A stretch of DNA of 32,890 bases, from positions 1 through 32,890 of the forward strand of contig JAIRYV010000022.1 of NCBI GenBank assembly GCA_031267685.1. The letters are read 5' to 3'. Every line of letters begins with the position of its first letter. Positions within the stretch are counted from its first letter, which is position 1. Under the pieces are notes generated by a model. It was given only the letters and a program-made list of their open reading frames with translations. It had not been told where the DNA came from and did not search any database. Shown here piece by piece: positions 22,997 to 32,092 of the stretch. The stretch comes from Treponema sp. GTDB lineage: Bacteria; Spirochaetota; Spirochaetia; Treponematales; Breznakiellaceae. Both the position numbers and the translations under genes were made by a program.

Positions 22997-24274
22997 TCAT
23001 TGGGACGGTCTGATTGTCGTCGCTGAATCAGCGAGGGGCTCATGGCTGCTAATCAGCACTTTGTCGATTCGGTTGCCATCCATACTCAGAATCATGAACT
23101 GGTAACCGTTGTGGGAAAAAGTCTCGCCGACGTGAGGGATTTTACCGGCAAGGTTGAGGATAAAACCAGCCAACGTGTGGTATTCCTGATGTTCGCCAAC
23201 AAGCGTTTCCAGACAGAGTACGTCAGCAACTTCATCAATATTGGCGCCGCCTTCCACGAGTAAGGAACCGTCGTCCTGCTGAAGTATCTCGGCCTGGTCT
23301 TTGGCCTCAGTCGAGAATTCGCCGACAAGCTCTGCCATCAAGTCCTGTATGGAAAGAATACCGACAAAGCCGCTGTATTCGTCCATAACCATAAGCAGGG
23401 TTTCCTGCCTGAACGCTTCAAATGTCTTGAGCGCAGATATGGTTTCTGGTATGAAGTAGGGCTTTTTCATAATGCTCCGCAGCCCAGGCCAGACGCCATG
23501 AAGCAGAGCGCGAAGAATGTCCTCGACCGAAACTACGCCACAAATCTCGTCAAGCGTCCCGTTCGCTACAGGAAAAGAACGCTGCGCCTTGACGTTAAGA
23601 ACGAGATTTCGTGCAGTTTCCGCATCAGCGTTAATGTCTAGCCACTCAATCTCTGAACGATGAGTCATAAACGTTCCCGCTTCCCGGTCGCCCAGGTATA
23701 AAACGCCCTCAACCATAGTTCGCTCTTTGCTTTCAACAACGCCGGAACGTTCCCCTTCGACAAGAGCGATATGGAACTCATCCGCAGTCATGTTGCCCTC
23801 AGCGCGACCAGCTTTGGTACGGGAAAGACTGTGGGCAATGAGTATAAGCGGCAGGCCGAATAAGGTCAGGAGGGTGATGATGAACTGCTCCGGCATGTTA
23901 CGGGCAAGGAGGCGAGGAAGAATTTCGCCCAGAATAAGCGTGATCAGCGAAACCCCGAGGCTTACCAGCATGATCACCAGCACGTTATGACTGACTACAG
24001 TGGGCGCTGCTACCATGACCACGCCGATACCAGTCACTACGCCAGCCAGTATGCCTAGAAAAGTGCCAACATTTCTCAGCGGGAAACGTTCCGGCGACTC
24101 AAGTAGCTTGAGAGCCGCCGAGAGCGCCTTACGTTGTCTGGTGTCAGAGACGCTTTCAATTCTGGAACGGAGTGCGGTCTTCCGCGTTGAAAACAAAACG
24201 CTTTCCAGCAGCGTGCATAAGATTTTTAAGATGATAAGAAGAATAAACAAAAAGGACGGTAAGGGGTCTTCCAT
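22997..24274 (-). CDS. CNNM/CorC/HlyC-family transporter-associated protein (DUF21 TM domain, CBS pair, CorC_HlyC C-domain)
   Basis: 425 aa. N-terminal 4-TM DUF21 segment, two CBS-like segments, and a C-terminal transporter-associated domain. Confidence 0.9.
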   Translation of the reverse strand: MEDPLPSFLFILLIILKILCTLLESVLFSTRKTALRSRIESVSDTRQRKALSAALKLLESPERFPLRNVGTFLGILAGVVTGIGVVMVAAPTVVSHNVLVIMLVSLGVSLITLILGEILPRLLARNMPEQFIITLLTLFGLPLILIAHSLSRTKAGRAEGNMTADEFHIALVEGERSGVVESKERTMVEGVLYLGDREAGTFMTHRSEIEWLDINADAETARNLVLNVKAQRSFPVANGTLDEICGVVSVEDILRALLHGVWPGLRSIMKKPYFIPETISALKTFEAFRQETLLMVMDEYSGFVGILSIQDLMAELVGEFSTEAKDQAEILQQDDGSLLVEGGANIDEVADVLCLETLVGEHQEYHTLAGFILNLAGKIPHVGETFSHNGYQFMILSMDGNRIDKVLISSHEPLADSATTIRPSQ

Positions 24275-24306
24275 ATATATTCAATCTCGGATTGTTGACA
24301 TAGCGG

Positions 24307-25386
24307 CTATGCAGGTTCGACTTCACTGCGATTGAGGATGCGCGTGATAGTGATACCGTTTTCGCTGGTCTGTATATTCGCTTCCTCTCCCAGAACCTGT
24401 ACCACAGGGAAAGAGAGGTTTTCCGGCTGTACATCTACAACTCGCGCCTTTTTCCCGTTGGAGAGAAGTACATACAGGCCCACTGGGTAGGGCGAAAGGG
24501 CAAGTAACAATGCCTTAACAACGATGCTATTGTACCCTTTATCCTTATTTTGGAAGAGAGTTATCAGGTTGGCATTGCTATCCTCTCCCTGTTTATACGG
24601 TCTATGCGACATAATTGCATCATAGGAACAGGCTATGCCGATGATTTTGGCGTAAAGACTGATTTTATCTGCGGCAAGCTTCTGGGGATACCCCTTACCA
24701 TTTTCCCGTTCGTGGTGTTCCAGGGCGGCAAGGCATACTGGAAGGGGAAAGTTAAAAGACTTGAGCATATTATAGCCCACTACTGGGTGGACGTATAAGG
24801 CTTTTCGTTCTTCGAGGGTGAGTTTTTTTGTTTCAAAGTAGCTTTGAGAAACAAGTTTGATCATGCCAATCTCATGAAAAAGCGCAGCAACGCCAAGCTC
24901 GATAAGGCGGTTTTCCGGTAACTTTAAGGAAAGACCAATGATAATAGAGATGACCATAGAGGTAACTGCATGGAAAGCGCTATAGTCTACATCAACATGA
25001 TAGGTTTTCTGGAAGTTGAGCAGGAGATAGGGGTCTTGTATGAGTGGATAGATGCTTTGCACTTTATCCGCGACCGTTTTGTAGTCAAGCTGGCCATTTT
25101 TCGCGACCTGCATGAAGATATCTTTCATATATTCCTCAGTATTTACAAAAAAGTCCTCAATCTCTTTCATTTTACCCGTATCAGTTATGGCTTCAACCGG
25201 CTCTTGCGCGATGGCTTTAGGAGAGCCTATGCTGGAAACCTCTCTACAGCGCCATTCAAGGAGCGTGGCTCTCAGTTCTTGTGAAAACGGTAGTTCTGAT
25301 GTTGTCAGGATAAACCACTTATCAAGATACAGACCTCGTGAGAACCCGCTTCCCACTTGAATATCTTTTACTACATATTTGTTCAT
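24307..25386 (-). CDS. HD-GYP domain phosphodiesterase (cyclic-di-GMP-type)
   Basis: HD motif AALFHEIGMIKL and the HHERENGKGYP motif. Confidence 0.9.
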   Translation of the reverse strand: MNKYVVKDIQVGSGFSRGLYLDKWFILTTSELPFSQELRATLLEWRCREVSSIGSPKAIAQEPVEAITDTGKMKEIEDFFVNTEEYMKDIFMQVAKNGQLDYKTVADKVQSIYPLIQDPYLLLNFQKTYHVDVDYSAFHAVTSMVISIIIGLSLKLPENRLIELGVAALFHEIGMIKLVSQSYFETKKLTLEERKALYVHPVVGYNMLKSFNFPLPVCLAALEHHERENGKGYPQKLAADKISLYAKIIGIACSYDAIMSHRPYKQGEDSNANLITLFQNKDKGYNSIVVKALLLALSPYPVGLYVLLSNGKKARVVDVQPENLSFPVVQVLGEEANIQTSENGITITRILNRSEVEPA

Positions 25387-25502
25387 TACTCACCTACTTA
25401 CCCGAATTGACGGATACTTTTTTAATCTTCTATAGTTTTGATACTAGTTTAGTTTAAGATTATAAATAGTATTGGAAAGTTTGGCAACAATGAGGTAGGG
25501 AC

Positions 25503-26330
25503 TTGAGGCTTAGGTATGTTTTGTGCGTTCTTAACAGTATCACGATTGGTGTATCAGTCGTCGCGCTTTTGCTCTGGCGCTCGAGTTGGCTTTTTGTGGT
25601 GGTCTTTGTTGTCTTGACGTTGGCCATTGACGCTTATGTTCTGGCGAACCGGTGTCTGTTTCGGCTGCTGGAACGGGAAGACTGGCCGGCGCTCTGTGTC
25701 TGGCTTGAACAGCGTGTGTTTGTGCAAAGGCGCTATACTGCTTGTTTGACGCGGATGCTTGCCAACACCTACCTGGCGCTTGCTGATTCTGTGGCAGTGC
25801 GGGAGCTTGAGCAGAAAACTGCGCTAGTGAATCCTGGTCTTATTGAAGAAAATGCGCTGGTTTTTGGTGTGGCGCGGATTCTCAGCAAGGATACAGCGGG
25901 CGTGGCGTCTTTCTTTTCGGCAAGGCTTGACGCTGCGGTTCGTGTACCCAGTATGGTGCGTAAACGTGCGTTCAGTGTCCGTAGTTGGCTTCGCTGGTAC
26001 TATGGTTTTTCCCTCTTGCTTGATCGGCAGTATCCCCGTGCTTCGGAGCAGTTTATCATACTGATAAACGAAATTTCTCCTTCTCCGCTCATCAATGGCC
26101 TATCAGCCTTCCTACTTGTTGATACTTTTAGTAAGGCGCTGGTCGAGCGTAAGGCTGAGTTCCTTACTGTTGCCGAGAATGGACGCAGGCAAACGCGGAA
26201 ACGCCTGCCTGGTATACGGGACTGGAACAAGGCGGTTTCTGAGGCGTGCAGCGAGGTTCACGTGGTGATACTGTTGCCGCGTCTGCAGGAGGCCGGCGAA
26301 TGGCTATACACTGACTCCGGCGTTCGTTAG
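25503..26330 (+). CDS. Hypothetical protein with two N-terminal TM helices
   Basis: 275-aa ORF that fills the gap between the HD-GYP and GH genes. It has a TTG start in the track and no in-frame ATG nearby. No recognisable domain. Confidence 0.45.
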   Translation: MRLRYVLCVLNSITIGVSVVALLLWRSSWLFVVVFVVLTLAIDAYVLANRCLFRLLEREDWPALCVWLEQRVFVQRRYTACLTRMLANTYLALADSVAVRELEQKTALVNPGLIEENALVFGVARILSKDTAGVASFFSARLDAAVRVPSMVRKRAFSVRSWLRWYYGFSLLLDRQYPRASEQFIILINEISPSPLINGLSAFLLVDTFSKALVERKAEFLTVAENGRRQTRKRLPGIRDWNKAVSEACSEVHVVILLPRLQEAGEWLYTDSGVR

Positions 26331-26340
26331 TTCTTGTGGA

Positions 26341-28320
26341 TCACAGCTTGTCGATAAGCATTGAGCATTTCCCCGAAGGGATAGGCAGGGTCTTTTTCTT
26401 CTTCTCCAGTATATTGATAGTGAAGTAGTAGAGTTTTTCGCTTTCCATGTGGATTTCCCAGCCCCTGCCGCTCTTGTTCGAGAGTATGGTGATCATGTTC
26501 TTCTTGAGCGAGAGGTTTTCCACACCCATGATTTCCAGATTGGGAATGATCCAGTCTACGGTTTTACGGGGCAGGGAAATGAAAAGCCCTACAATGTTTT
26601 CTATCATAAGGCAGATTGTTGACAGTGCGTCATAGGTGAGGTACTGGACACGAGGGAAGTCTGGGTTATCAGGCCAGATAGCGTGTCCCTCCTGCAGGGG
26701 AAGATAGGCTTCCCAGAGATTGCCCCGGTGTGAGCTGTGATGACCATTGGCATGGCCTTCGGTCATGGAATCAAGCACGAAGTAGAGGTGGCGTATGGCG
26801 CACTCGCGCGCCAGGTCCCAGCGCTGGTAACGCTCCAGTCCTTTTATCACCATGAAGGTGAGGTGAGGATAAACCGAACCCCGATAACCGCAGCCGTTTT
26901 CGTCAAAACAAGGTTCATTCACTGCCAGTGTGGGGAAGGGATGAGGAGCGCCAAAAAACTGGGGGTCCTGTAGCTTGGCGATGAGCCGTTCAGCCTTATC
27001 ATCATTAGGGATTTCTGCAAGGAGTGGCCAGTAACCTGCGATGGTTTTTACCGGAATCTGTTTCTCGTCCCGGTCAATATCGTAGTAAAAGCCATCATCG
27101 GCGTTCCACATGAGGCTGTTAATCCGCGTCTTGAGTGAAAAGTAGATTTTCTTATAGTGGAAGCTGGCATCCTTATCATTAAGAATATCCGAGAGCGCTG
27201 ACATATAGAGTACATTGATGGCCATCATGGTATTGAAGTCCATGGGATAGACTGTCTGTTCACGCGGGGTGTTCTCCATGTCTGTAGCGATGAGAGGCAC
27301 TTCGTAAAGACCATTAGGCCGTTTGAAAGTGGCGTCAATCCACTCAATATACCTATGCAAAACAGGTAGTATGTCCTTCACCCGTTTTTTGTTTGCTGAC
27401 TTATGATAGAGGTTGAATTCAGCCCAGGCAAACAGGGGGATTCCAATGCCCTCTGGGTTATCAGGGGTAAACACAGGGAGTCCGGTCTCGATACTGTAGG
27501 CATTACGAATCGCTCCGTTAGGTTCCTGACGCTCATAAAAGATATCAAGGGTTGGGTGCGCTTGATAGATGCGGTTTGAGTAAACAAGGAAAAACGAGGA
27601 GTAGATTGCATCGGCCTGCCGCGTCACGGAGCTGCCCGGGTATGCAAAGAACTTTCCTTCGATGATGTGCGGTGTATTGAAGAGCGGCTTCTCCTCAGCC
27701 TGAGCCGGCTCTTCTGGCAACACTGATTCAGCGCCTTGCTCAGGCGTGCTTCCCTCAGCCTGAGCCGGCTCTTCTGGCAACGCTGGTTCAGGCGTGCTTC
27801 CCTCAGCCTGAGCCGGTTCTTCTGGCAACGCTGGCTCAACGCCTTGCTCAGGCGTGCTTCCCTCAGCCTGAGCCGGCTCTTCTGGCAACGCTGGCTCAAC
27901 GCCTTGCTCAGGCACGCTTCCCTCAGCCTGAGTCGGCTCTTCTGGCAACACTGGCTCAGCGCCTTGCTCAGGCACGATCTCGGTTCCTGCCGATATGGTT
28001 TCCGCGCTTGCCGTACTGTTACCAGGCACTGAAAGCACTATGGGTAAAACCATCGGGGAATCTGCCAATATGACAGGCGGCGAAAGTTCCTCGTTAACCA
28101 TGATTTCCACCGGGAAATCAGGAACCGTAGCAGCTTGCGTCGCTTCATCAGCGGACGGTACGTCAGATGTGACGTCTCCTCCAAGCGCGGTATGTACTAT
28201 GGCTACCTTCTCATTACCCGAACTCCAGCAATCTTGAATCCACGCCCACGTTTTATCATAGATATCAACGAAATCCTGATCGTAAAAATGTATTTTGGGG
28301 AAATCACGCTTTATCAACAT
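26341..28320 (-). CDS. Cytoplasmic glycoside hydrolase of the (alpha/alpha)6-barrel type (tentatively GH63 / MGH1 / GDE_C-like), interrupted by a Pro/Glu-rich 20-aa tandem-repeat segment
   Basis: 659 aa with no signal peptide. A large conserved C-terminal catalytic-looking domain. Five repeats of PEQGVEPALPEEPAQAEGST near the N-terminus. Confidence 0.7.
   Translation of the reverse strand: MLIKRDFPKIHFYDQDFVDIYDKTWAWIQDCWSSGNEKVAIVHTALGGDVTSDVPSADEATQAATVPDFPVEIMVNEELSPPVILADSPMVLPIVLSVPGNSTASAETISAGTEIVPEQGAEPVLPEEPTQAEGSVPEQGVEPALPEEPAQAEGSTPEQGVEPALPEEPAQAEGSTPEPALPEEPAQAEGSTPEQGAESVLPEEPAQAEEKPLFNTPHIIEGKFFAYPGSSVTRQADAIYSSFFLVYSNRIYQAHPTLDIFYERQEPNGAIRNAYSIETGLPVFTPDNPEGIGIPLFAWAEFNLYHKSANKKRVKDILPVLHRYIEWIDATFKRPNGLYEVPLIATDMENTPREQTVYPMDFNTMMAINVLYMSALSDILNDKDASFHYKKIYFSLKTRINSLMWNADDGFYYDIDRDEKQIPVKTIAGYWPLLAEIPNDDKAERLIAKLQDPQFFGAPHPFPTLAVNEPCFDENGCGYRGSVYPHLTFMVIKGLERYQRWDLARECAIRHLYFVLDSMTEGHANGHHSSHRGNLWEAYLPLQEGHAIWPDNPDFPRVQYLTYDALSTICLMIENIVGLFISLPRKTVDWIIPNLEIMGVENLSLKKNMITILSNKSGRGWEIHMESEKLYYFTINILEKKKKTLPIPSGKCSMLIDKL
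27693..27975. repeat. Intragenic 60-bp tandem DNA repeat of about 4.8 copies, one of which carries a 12-bp deletion. It encodes the PEQG...AEGST repeats of the glycoside hydrolase.
   Basis: Read directly: unit cctcagcctgagccggctcttctggcaacgctggctcaacgccttgctcaggcgtgcttc. Confidence 0.9.
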
Positions 28321-28529
28321 CTGCTCCTTACGAACGTTCTATCCATTATTTCCTCTAGGGTAATCTATGACCCAACAAAAGTCAAATAGAACTTATCTTA
28401 TTATAAAGGAGTAGGATAACAAATGGTTTCATCTTTACCCTCTTTTTGAAACATAATATTTCACGTATATTAGACTTAGTGGCCGCCTCTGTGGGTGTGC
28501 CGGCAAGTTCAATTTTAAGAGGAGAGAAT

Positions 28530-29153
28530 ATGAAAAAACAGGTGCTAAACCTAGTCTGTGGTGTCATGGCGTTCATTGTGTTGAGTGCGTGCAGTTCAAG
28601 TCCCAGTGTGAACCGCGTTGATGCGGATACACAGGTCGATCTAAGCGGTGAGTGGAATGACACTGATGTGCGGCAGGCGTGTGAGAGCCTTGTCGCCGAT
28701 TGTCTGAAAAACCCCCGCGTCGCGCCGTTCATCGATCAGTACGTCGCTGAAAACAAAGGCGCACTGCCCACCATCATTGTTGGCCGTTTCAGTAACAAGA
28801 GTAGCGAGCATATCGACATGGGACTCATTTCCAAGAACATGGAAATCGCGCTGATAAACAGCGGCAGGCTTGAGTTTGTGGCAGGGGGCGAAACGCGACA
28901 AGAACTGCGGGCAGAGCGCCAAGACCAACTCGCTAATGCCAGCGACAATACAACGCCAGCTCTCGGTAATGAAACCGCCGCAATCTTCATGCTCACCGGT
29001 ACAGTGGAATCCATTGTCAGAAAGGTGGATAATGTTACCAGCAGGTATTACTCGGTCAGTGCGGAGCTGACCAATATCGAAACCACAGCCCGTTGGTGGA
29101 TGGGACAGCACGAAATCAAGAAAGTTATCCAACAACCCAGATCAAGGCTCTAG
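28530..29153 (+). CDS. LpoB-like (COG3417-type) lipoprotein
   Basis: Start MKKQVLNLVCGVMAFIVLSAC (lipobox LSAC) with a GGAGAG RBS. The body matches the LpoB-fold pattern (IIVGRFSNKS...LINSGRLEFV...IFMLTGTVESI). The track's 28446 start lacks a signal sequence. Confidence 0.6.
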   Translation: MKKQVLNLVCGVMAFIVLSACSSSPSVNRVDADTQVDLSGEWNDTDVRQACESLVADCLKNPRVAPFIDQYVAENKGALPTIIVGRFSNKSSEHIDMGLISKNMEIALINSGRLEFVAGGETRQELRAERQDQLANASDNTTPALGNETAAIFMLTGTVESIVRKVDNVTSRYYSVSAELTNIETTARWWMGQHEIKKVIQQPRSRL

Positions 29154-29294
29154 TTTAGAAAGCCACTCCCTGATTGGAGCTGGCCTCAGTCGCATGTTAT
29201 GGCACGCCATGTATAGCGCACCATAACATAGCGAGACTTCTTGCCAAGCACTCCCTTTTCAAGCTAGTGCTATAAAAAATAAGGACGATTCATC

Positions 29295-30626
29295 ATGCAA
29301 TTCAAATCTACCTTGCAATCTTCTTCACCCAGCCTTGCCATGCCCCTAGTCTCTTTCAAAGATGCGGTTCTCCAGTGTCTGCCGCCAGAGGGCGGCTTGT
29401 ATGTTCCAAGCTCGGTGTTGGATATGCGGCAGTTCTTTTTGTACATGGACGCCAGCACAACGTACCCGGAACTCGTTGAGACGCTTACACCAGTGCTTTT
29501 GCAGGGAGACCTTAACCCAGTTTCTGCGGCACTGCTTGCCCAGAGTGCCTTTAACTTTGAGCCTGAACTCGTGCAACTCGACGAGCGATTCTCACTCCTA
29601 AAGCTGTACAATGGACCAACCGGCCTTTTTAAGGACTTTGGTACTGGTTTCCTTGCGGCAGCTATGGAGGAATTCCTCAAGAACAACGAGCATAGCATGG
29701 TTCTGTCAGCAGTGCGAGACGCCACTGGCATAAGCATTGCCCGCGCATTTGCCGGACGACAGAACATAACGTGCTGTCTGCTCTACCCATCAGGCCCAAT
29801 TCACGGCCTTGACCTGTCTACGTTTGTACCTAATGGCGGGAACATCCTTCCCATTCAAATACGAGGCACTTTTGACGACTGCCAGCGGCTCACCACCGAG
29901 AGCATCTATGACACCCCTTTCGCCGAGCGTTACCATATCACCACTGCCAACGCCCGTAATCCAGGACGACTCCTGCCTCAATCCTTCTATTACATCTACG
30001 CTTTCCTCAAGCTGAAAAAGCAGTTGCTAGGCAACCTGATATTCAGTGTGCCTTCCGGTAACTTCGGAAACCTCATCGCGGGCCTATACGCATGGAAGTT
30101 TGGTTTACCAGCAGGTGGTTTTATCGCGGCCATGAACGCTAATAACTCTGTTGGCGACTTTATTCAGGGTAAACCATTCAAACCCAAGCTGCCAATTGCC
30201 ACGATTTCCCCGGGGCTGGACGTGGCCGTACCTTCAAACTATGCGCGACTATCATCGTTCTACGCAGAAGCGCCTGCGGTTATGCGAAACATGGTGTTTC
30301 CCGCATCCATTGACGATAAGACGACCGTTGCCACCATTGGTCAGGTCTGGAAGAAGTATGGCGTCTTGCTTGATCCTCATGCAGCAGTCGCCTTTGCCGC
30401 TGCAGAACGCCTGATCGAGGCTCACGGCCTCTCAAGCAGCGAAGCACATATCGTGGTGCTTGCCACTGGCCATCCAGCAATAGAGGGCGGCCTTATCAGG
30501 GAAATCACCGGTCAGACTATCAAGATGCCAGAACACCTCATTGCCCTGCGGAAAAGAACTGACCCCATAGCGATTATCGATCCTCAGCTTGAGTCCCTAG
30601 AAAGCGCTATAGCGAGCTGTGTTTAA
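29295..30626 (+). CDS. thrC: Threonine synthase (long form)
   Basis: PLP-lysine motif GPTGLFKDFG. Length and N-terminal region are ThrC-like. An alternative start at 29340 (MPLVSFKDAV) is possible. Confidence 0.9.
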   Translation: MQFKSTLQSSSPSLAMPLVSFKDAVLQCLPPEGGLYVPSSVLDMRQFFLYMDASTTYPELVETLTPVLLQGDLNPVSAALLAQSAFNFEPELVQLDERFSLLKLYNGPTGLFKDFGTGFLAAAMEEFLKNNEHSMVLSAVRDATGISIARAFAGRQNITCCLLYPSGPIHGLDLSTFVPNGGNILPIQIRGTFDDCQRLTTESIYDTPFAERYHITTANARNPGRLLPQSFYYIYAFLKLKKQLLGNLIFSVPSGNFGNLIAGLYAWKFGLPAGGFIAAMNANNSVGDFIQGKPFKPKLPIATISPGLDVAVPSNYARLSSFYAEAPAVMRNMVFPASIDDKTTVATIGQVWKKYGVLLDPHAAVAFAAAERLIEAHGLSSSEAHIVVLATGHPAIEGGLIREITGQTIKMPEHLIALRKRTDPIAIIDPQLESLESAIASCV

Positions 30627-30661
30627 CAAGCAATGTGCATTAGCAGTGCCGTATACCTTGT

Positions 30662-32092
30662 ATGAGATTGACGCCAGTTTTATGTGCCGCGTTTGGCGCT
30701 GCACTCGCTTATTACAGCGGTAGTACGTTTTTACTCGTGGTATTCGGTTTTGTTGTCAGCCTTATGCGGACGCTTGCCTATACGCCTATACGACTTGGGT
30801 CTCATTACAGTTTTCGTGTAGTGAGGGTCTCTGTTATTGCCTTTACCATCGGCCTGAGTGTGGGGCTTGCTGCTGCTAATGTTGCCAGGGGCGTGAAACC
30901 TCGATTGGGTTTGTCCATAAGCAAGAACATCGTGGGACTGCGCGGAACGCTCCGCGACGACCCACGGGCTTTTTCTCAAGGTGGCGGCATAGGCTCTGTT
31001 GCGCTCAAACGGGTGTCTGGCTCAGGCGGCCTGAGCGTGTCCGCGTCAGGAAACGTACAGGTGTTTTTTCCAACCACAACGATTCCACGAGTGAAAGGCT
31101 TTGGACGGGGCGCTGAGGTATATATCGAAGGCACGTTTCAGCCAGCTAAAGACGGGACGCGGGAACAGACGTTTCGCGCATACACTGTTCATGTTATAGG
31201 CAATGCTCCGGCTCTGGAGCGCCTGCGAACCAGTGTCCGCACGCGGCTGGTGGAACGCTTCAGTGGCTTTGAGTGGGGCGGACTTGCCGCTGCCTTGCTT
31301 CTGGGCGTGAAGGACGAGCTTGACACTTCGCTTGCCGTTGCGTATCAGAACGCGGGCTGCTCTCACATACTGGCGCTGTCTGGTATGCACCTTGCCATAA
31401 TCGCCGCGCTCATTGCCTTTGTCCTGAAACGGCCATTAGGGATATGTCCTGCCGCGCTTATCGGTTCTGCACTCATTCTCCTCTATGTATACCTTGTAGG
31501 AAACCTGCCGTCCCTGAATCGCGCCGCCATCATGTATCTGCTAGGAACGCTTATACTCCTTGCCACCTTACCTAAGCAGGGTGCATCACTTCTGGGCATG
31601 AGTTTTCTGATACAACTCATACTCCAGCCAGAGGCTGCTCATACCCTATCTTTCATCTTGTCCTATCTAGCGCTTGCCGGCATTTTATCCATCGGCGAAG
31701 TCATCTATGCGCTTATTCGTGGTTCACTTCCTGACCTTGTAGCAAAGCCGCTTGCCGCCTCACTTGGCGCGTTTCTAGCAACTGCCACTGTAGTAGCCGC
31801 CTGTTTCGGTGTTCTGCGCCCTATCGGTATCATTGCAAGCCTAGCCCTCGTCCCGCTCACTACGGTATTCATGCTCATAGCGATACTTTTTCTTGCGGTG
31901 AGCAATGTCGCGTCTCTCTTATCCCTGCTCTACAACGTGCTTATTGCGCTTTCGACTCTTGCAGCCCGCGCTCCAGCCCTACCTGCTGCGCCTCTTCTGG
32001 TTCTGCTCGTATCTGCGCTCCTTATTACGCTTAGCCTCTTTTTACACTACCGGCGTGCTATAACACCCTTGCCTTTAGACATGGAGATATAA
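30662..32092 (+). CDS. comEC: ComEC/Rec2-family DNA-uptake channel protein (DUF4131 plus competence domain). No metallo-beta-lactamase C-domain.
   Basis: Competence-domain signature YQNAGCSHILALSGMHLAIIAALIAFV. Polytopic. The gene ends immediately before repeat array 4. Confidence 0.85.
   Translation: MRLTPVLCAAFGAALAYYSGSTFLLVVFGFVVSLMRTLAYTPIRLGSHYSFRVVRVSVIAFTIGLSVGLAAANVARGVKPRLGLSISKNIVGLRGTLRDDPRAFSQGGGIGSVALKRVSGSGGLSVSASGNVQVFFPTTTIPRVKGFGRGAEVYIEGTFQPAKDGTREQTFRAYTVHVIGNAPALERLRTSVRTRLVERFSGFEWGGLAAALLLGVKDELDTSLAVAYQNAGCSHILALSGMHLAIIAALIAFVLKRPLGICPAALIGSALILLYVYLVGNLPSLNRAAIMYLLGTLILLATLPKQGASLLGMSFLIQLILQPEAAHTLSFILSYLALAGILSIGEVIYALIRGSLPDLVAKPLAASLGAFLATATVVAACFGVLRPIGIIASLALVPLTTVFMLIAILFLAVSNVASLLSLLYNVLIALSTLAARAPALPAAPLLVLLVSALLITLSLFLHYRRAITPLPLDMEI

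Noticed and set aside
22729-23105. Three overlapping ORFs translated from array 3
   Set aside because: The 22-bp period gives a 66-bp (22-codon) periodicity with no stops in any frame. They are pure repeat artefacts.
29154-29294. Regulatory RNA or leader hairpin upstream of thrC (gcatgttatgg ... ccataacatagc)
   Set aside because: It is an imperfect stem with a bulge. There is no T-box or riboswitch signature, no leader peptide with a Thr run, and no U-tract. It is likely incidental.
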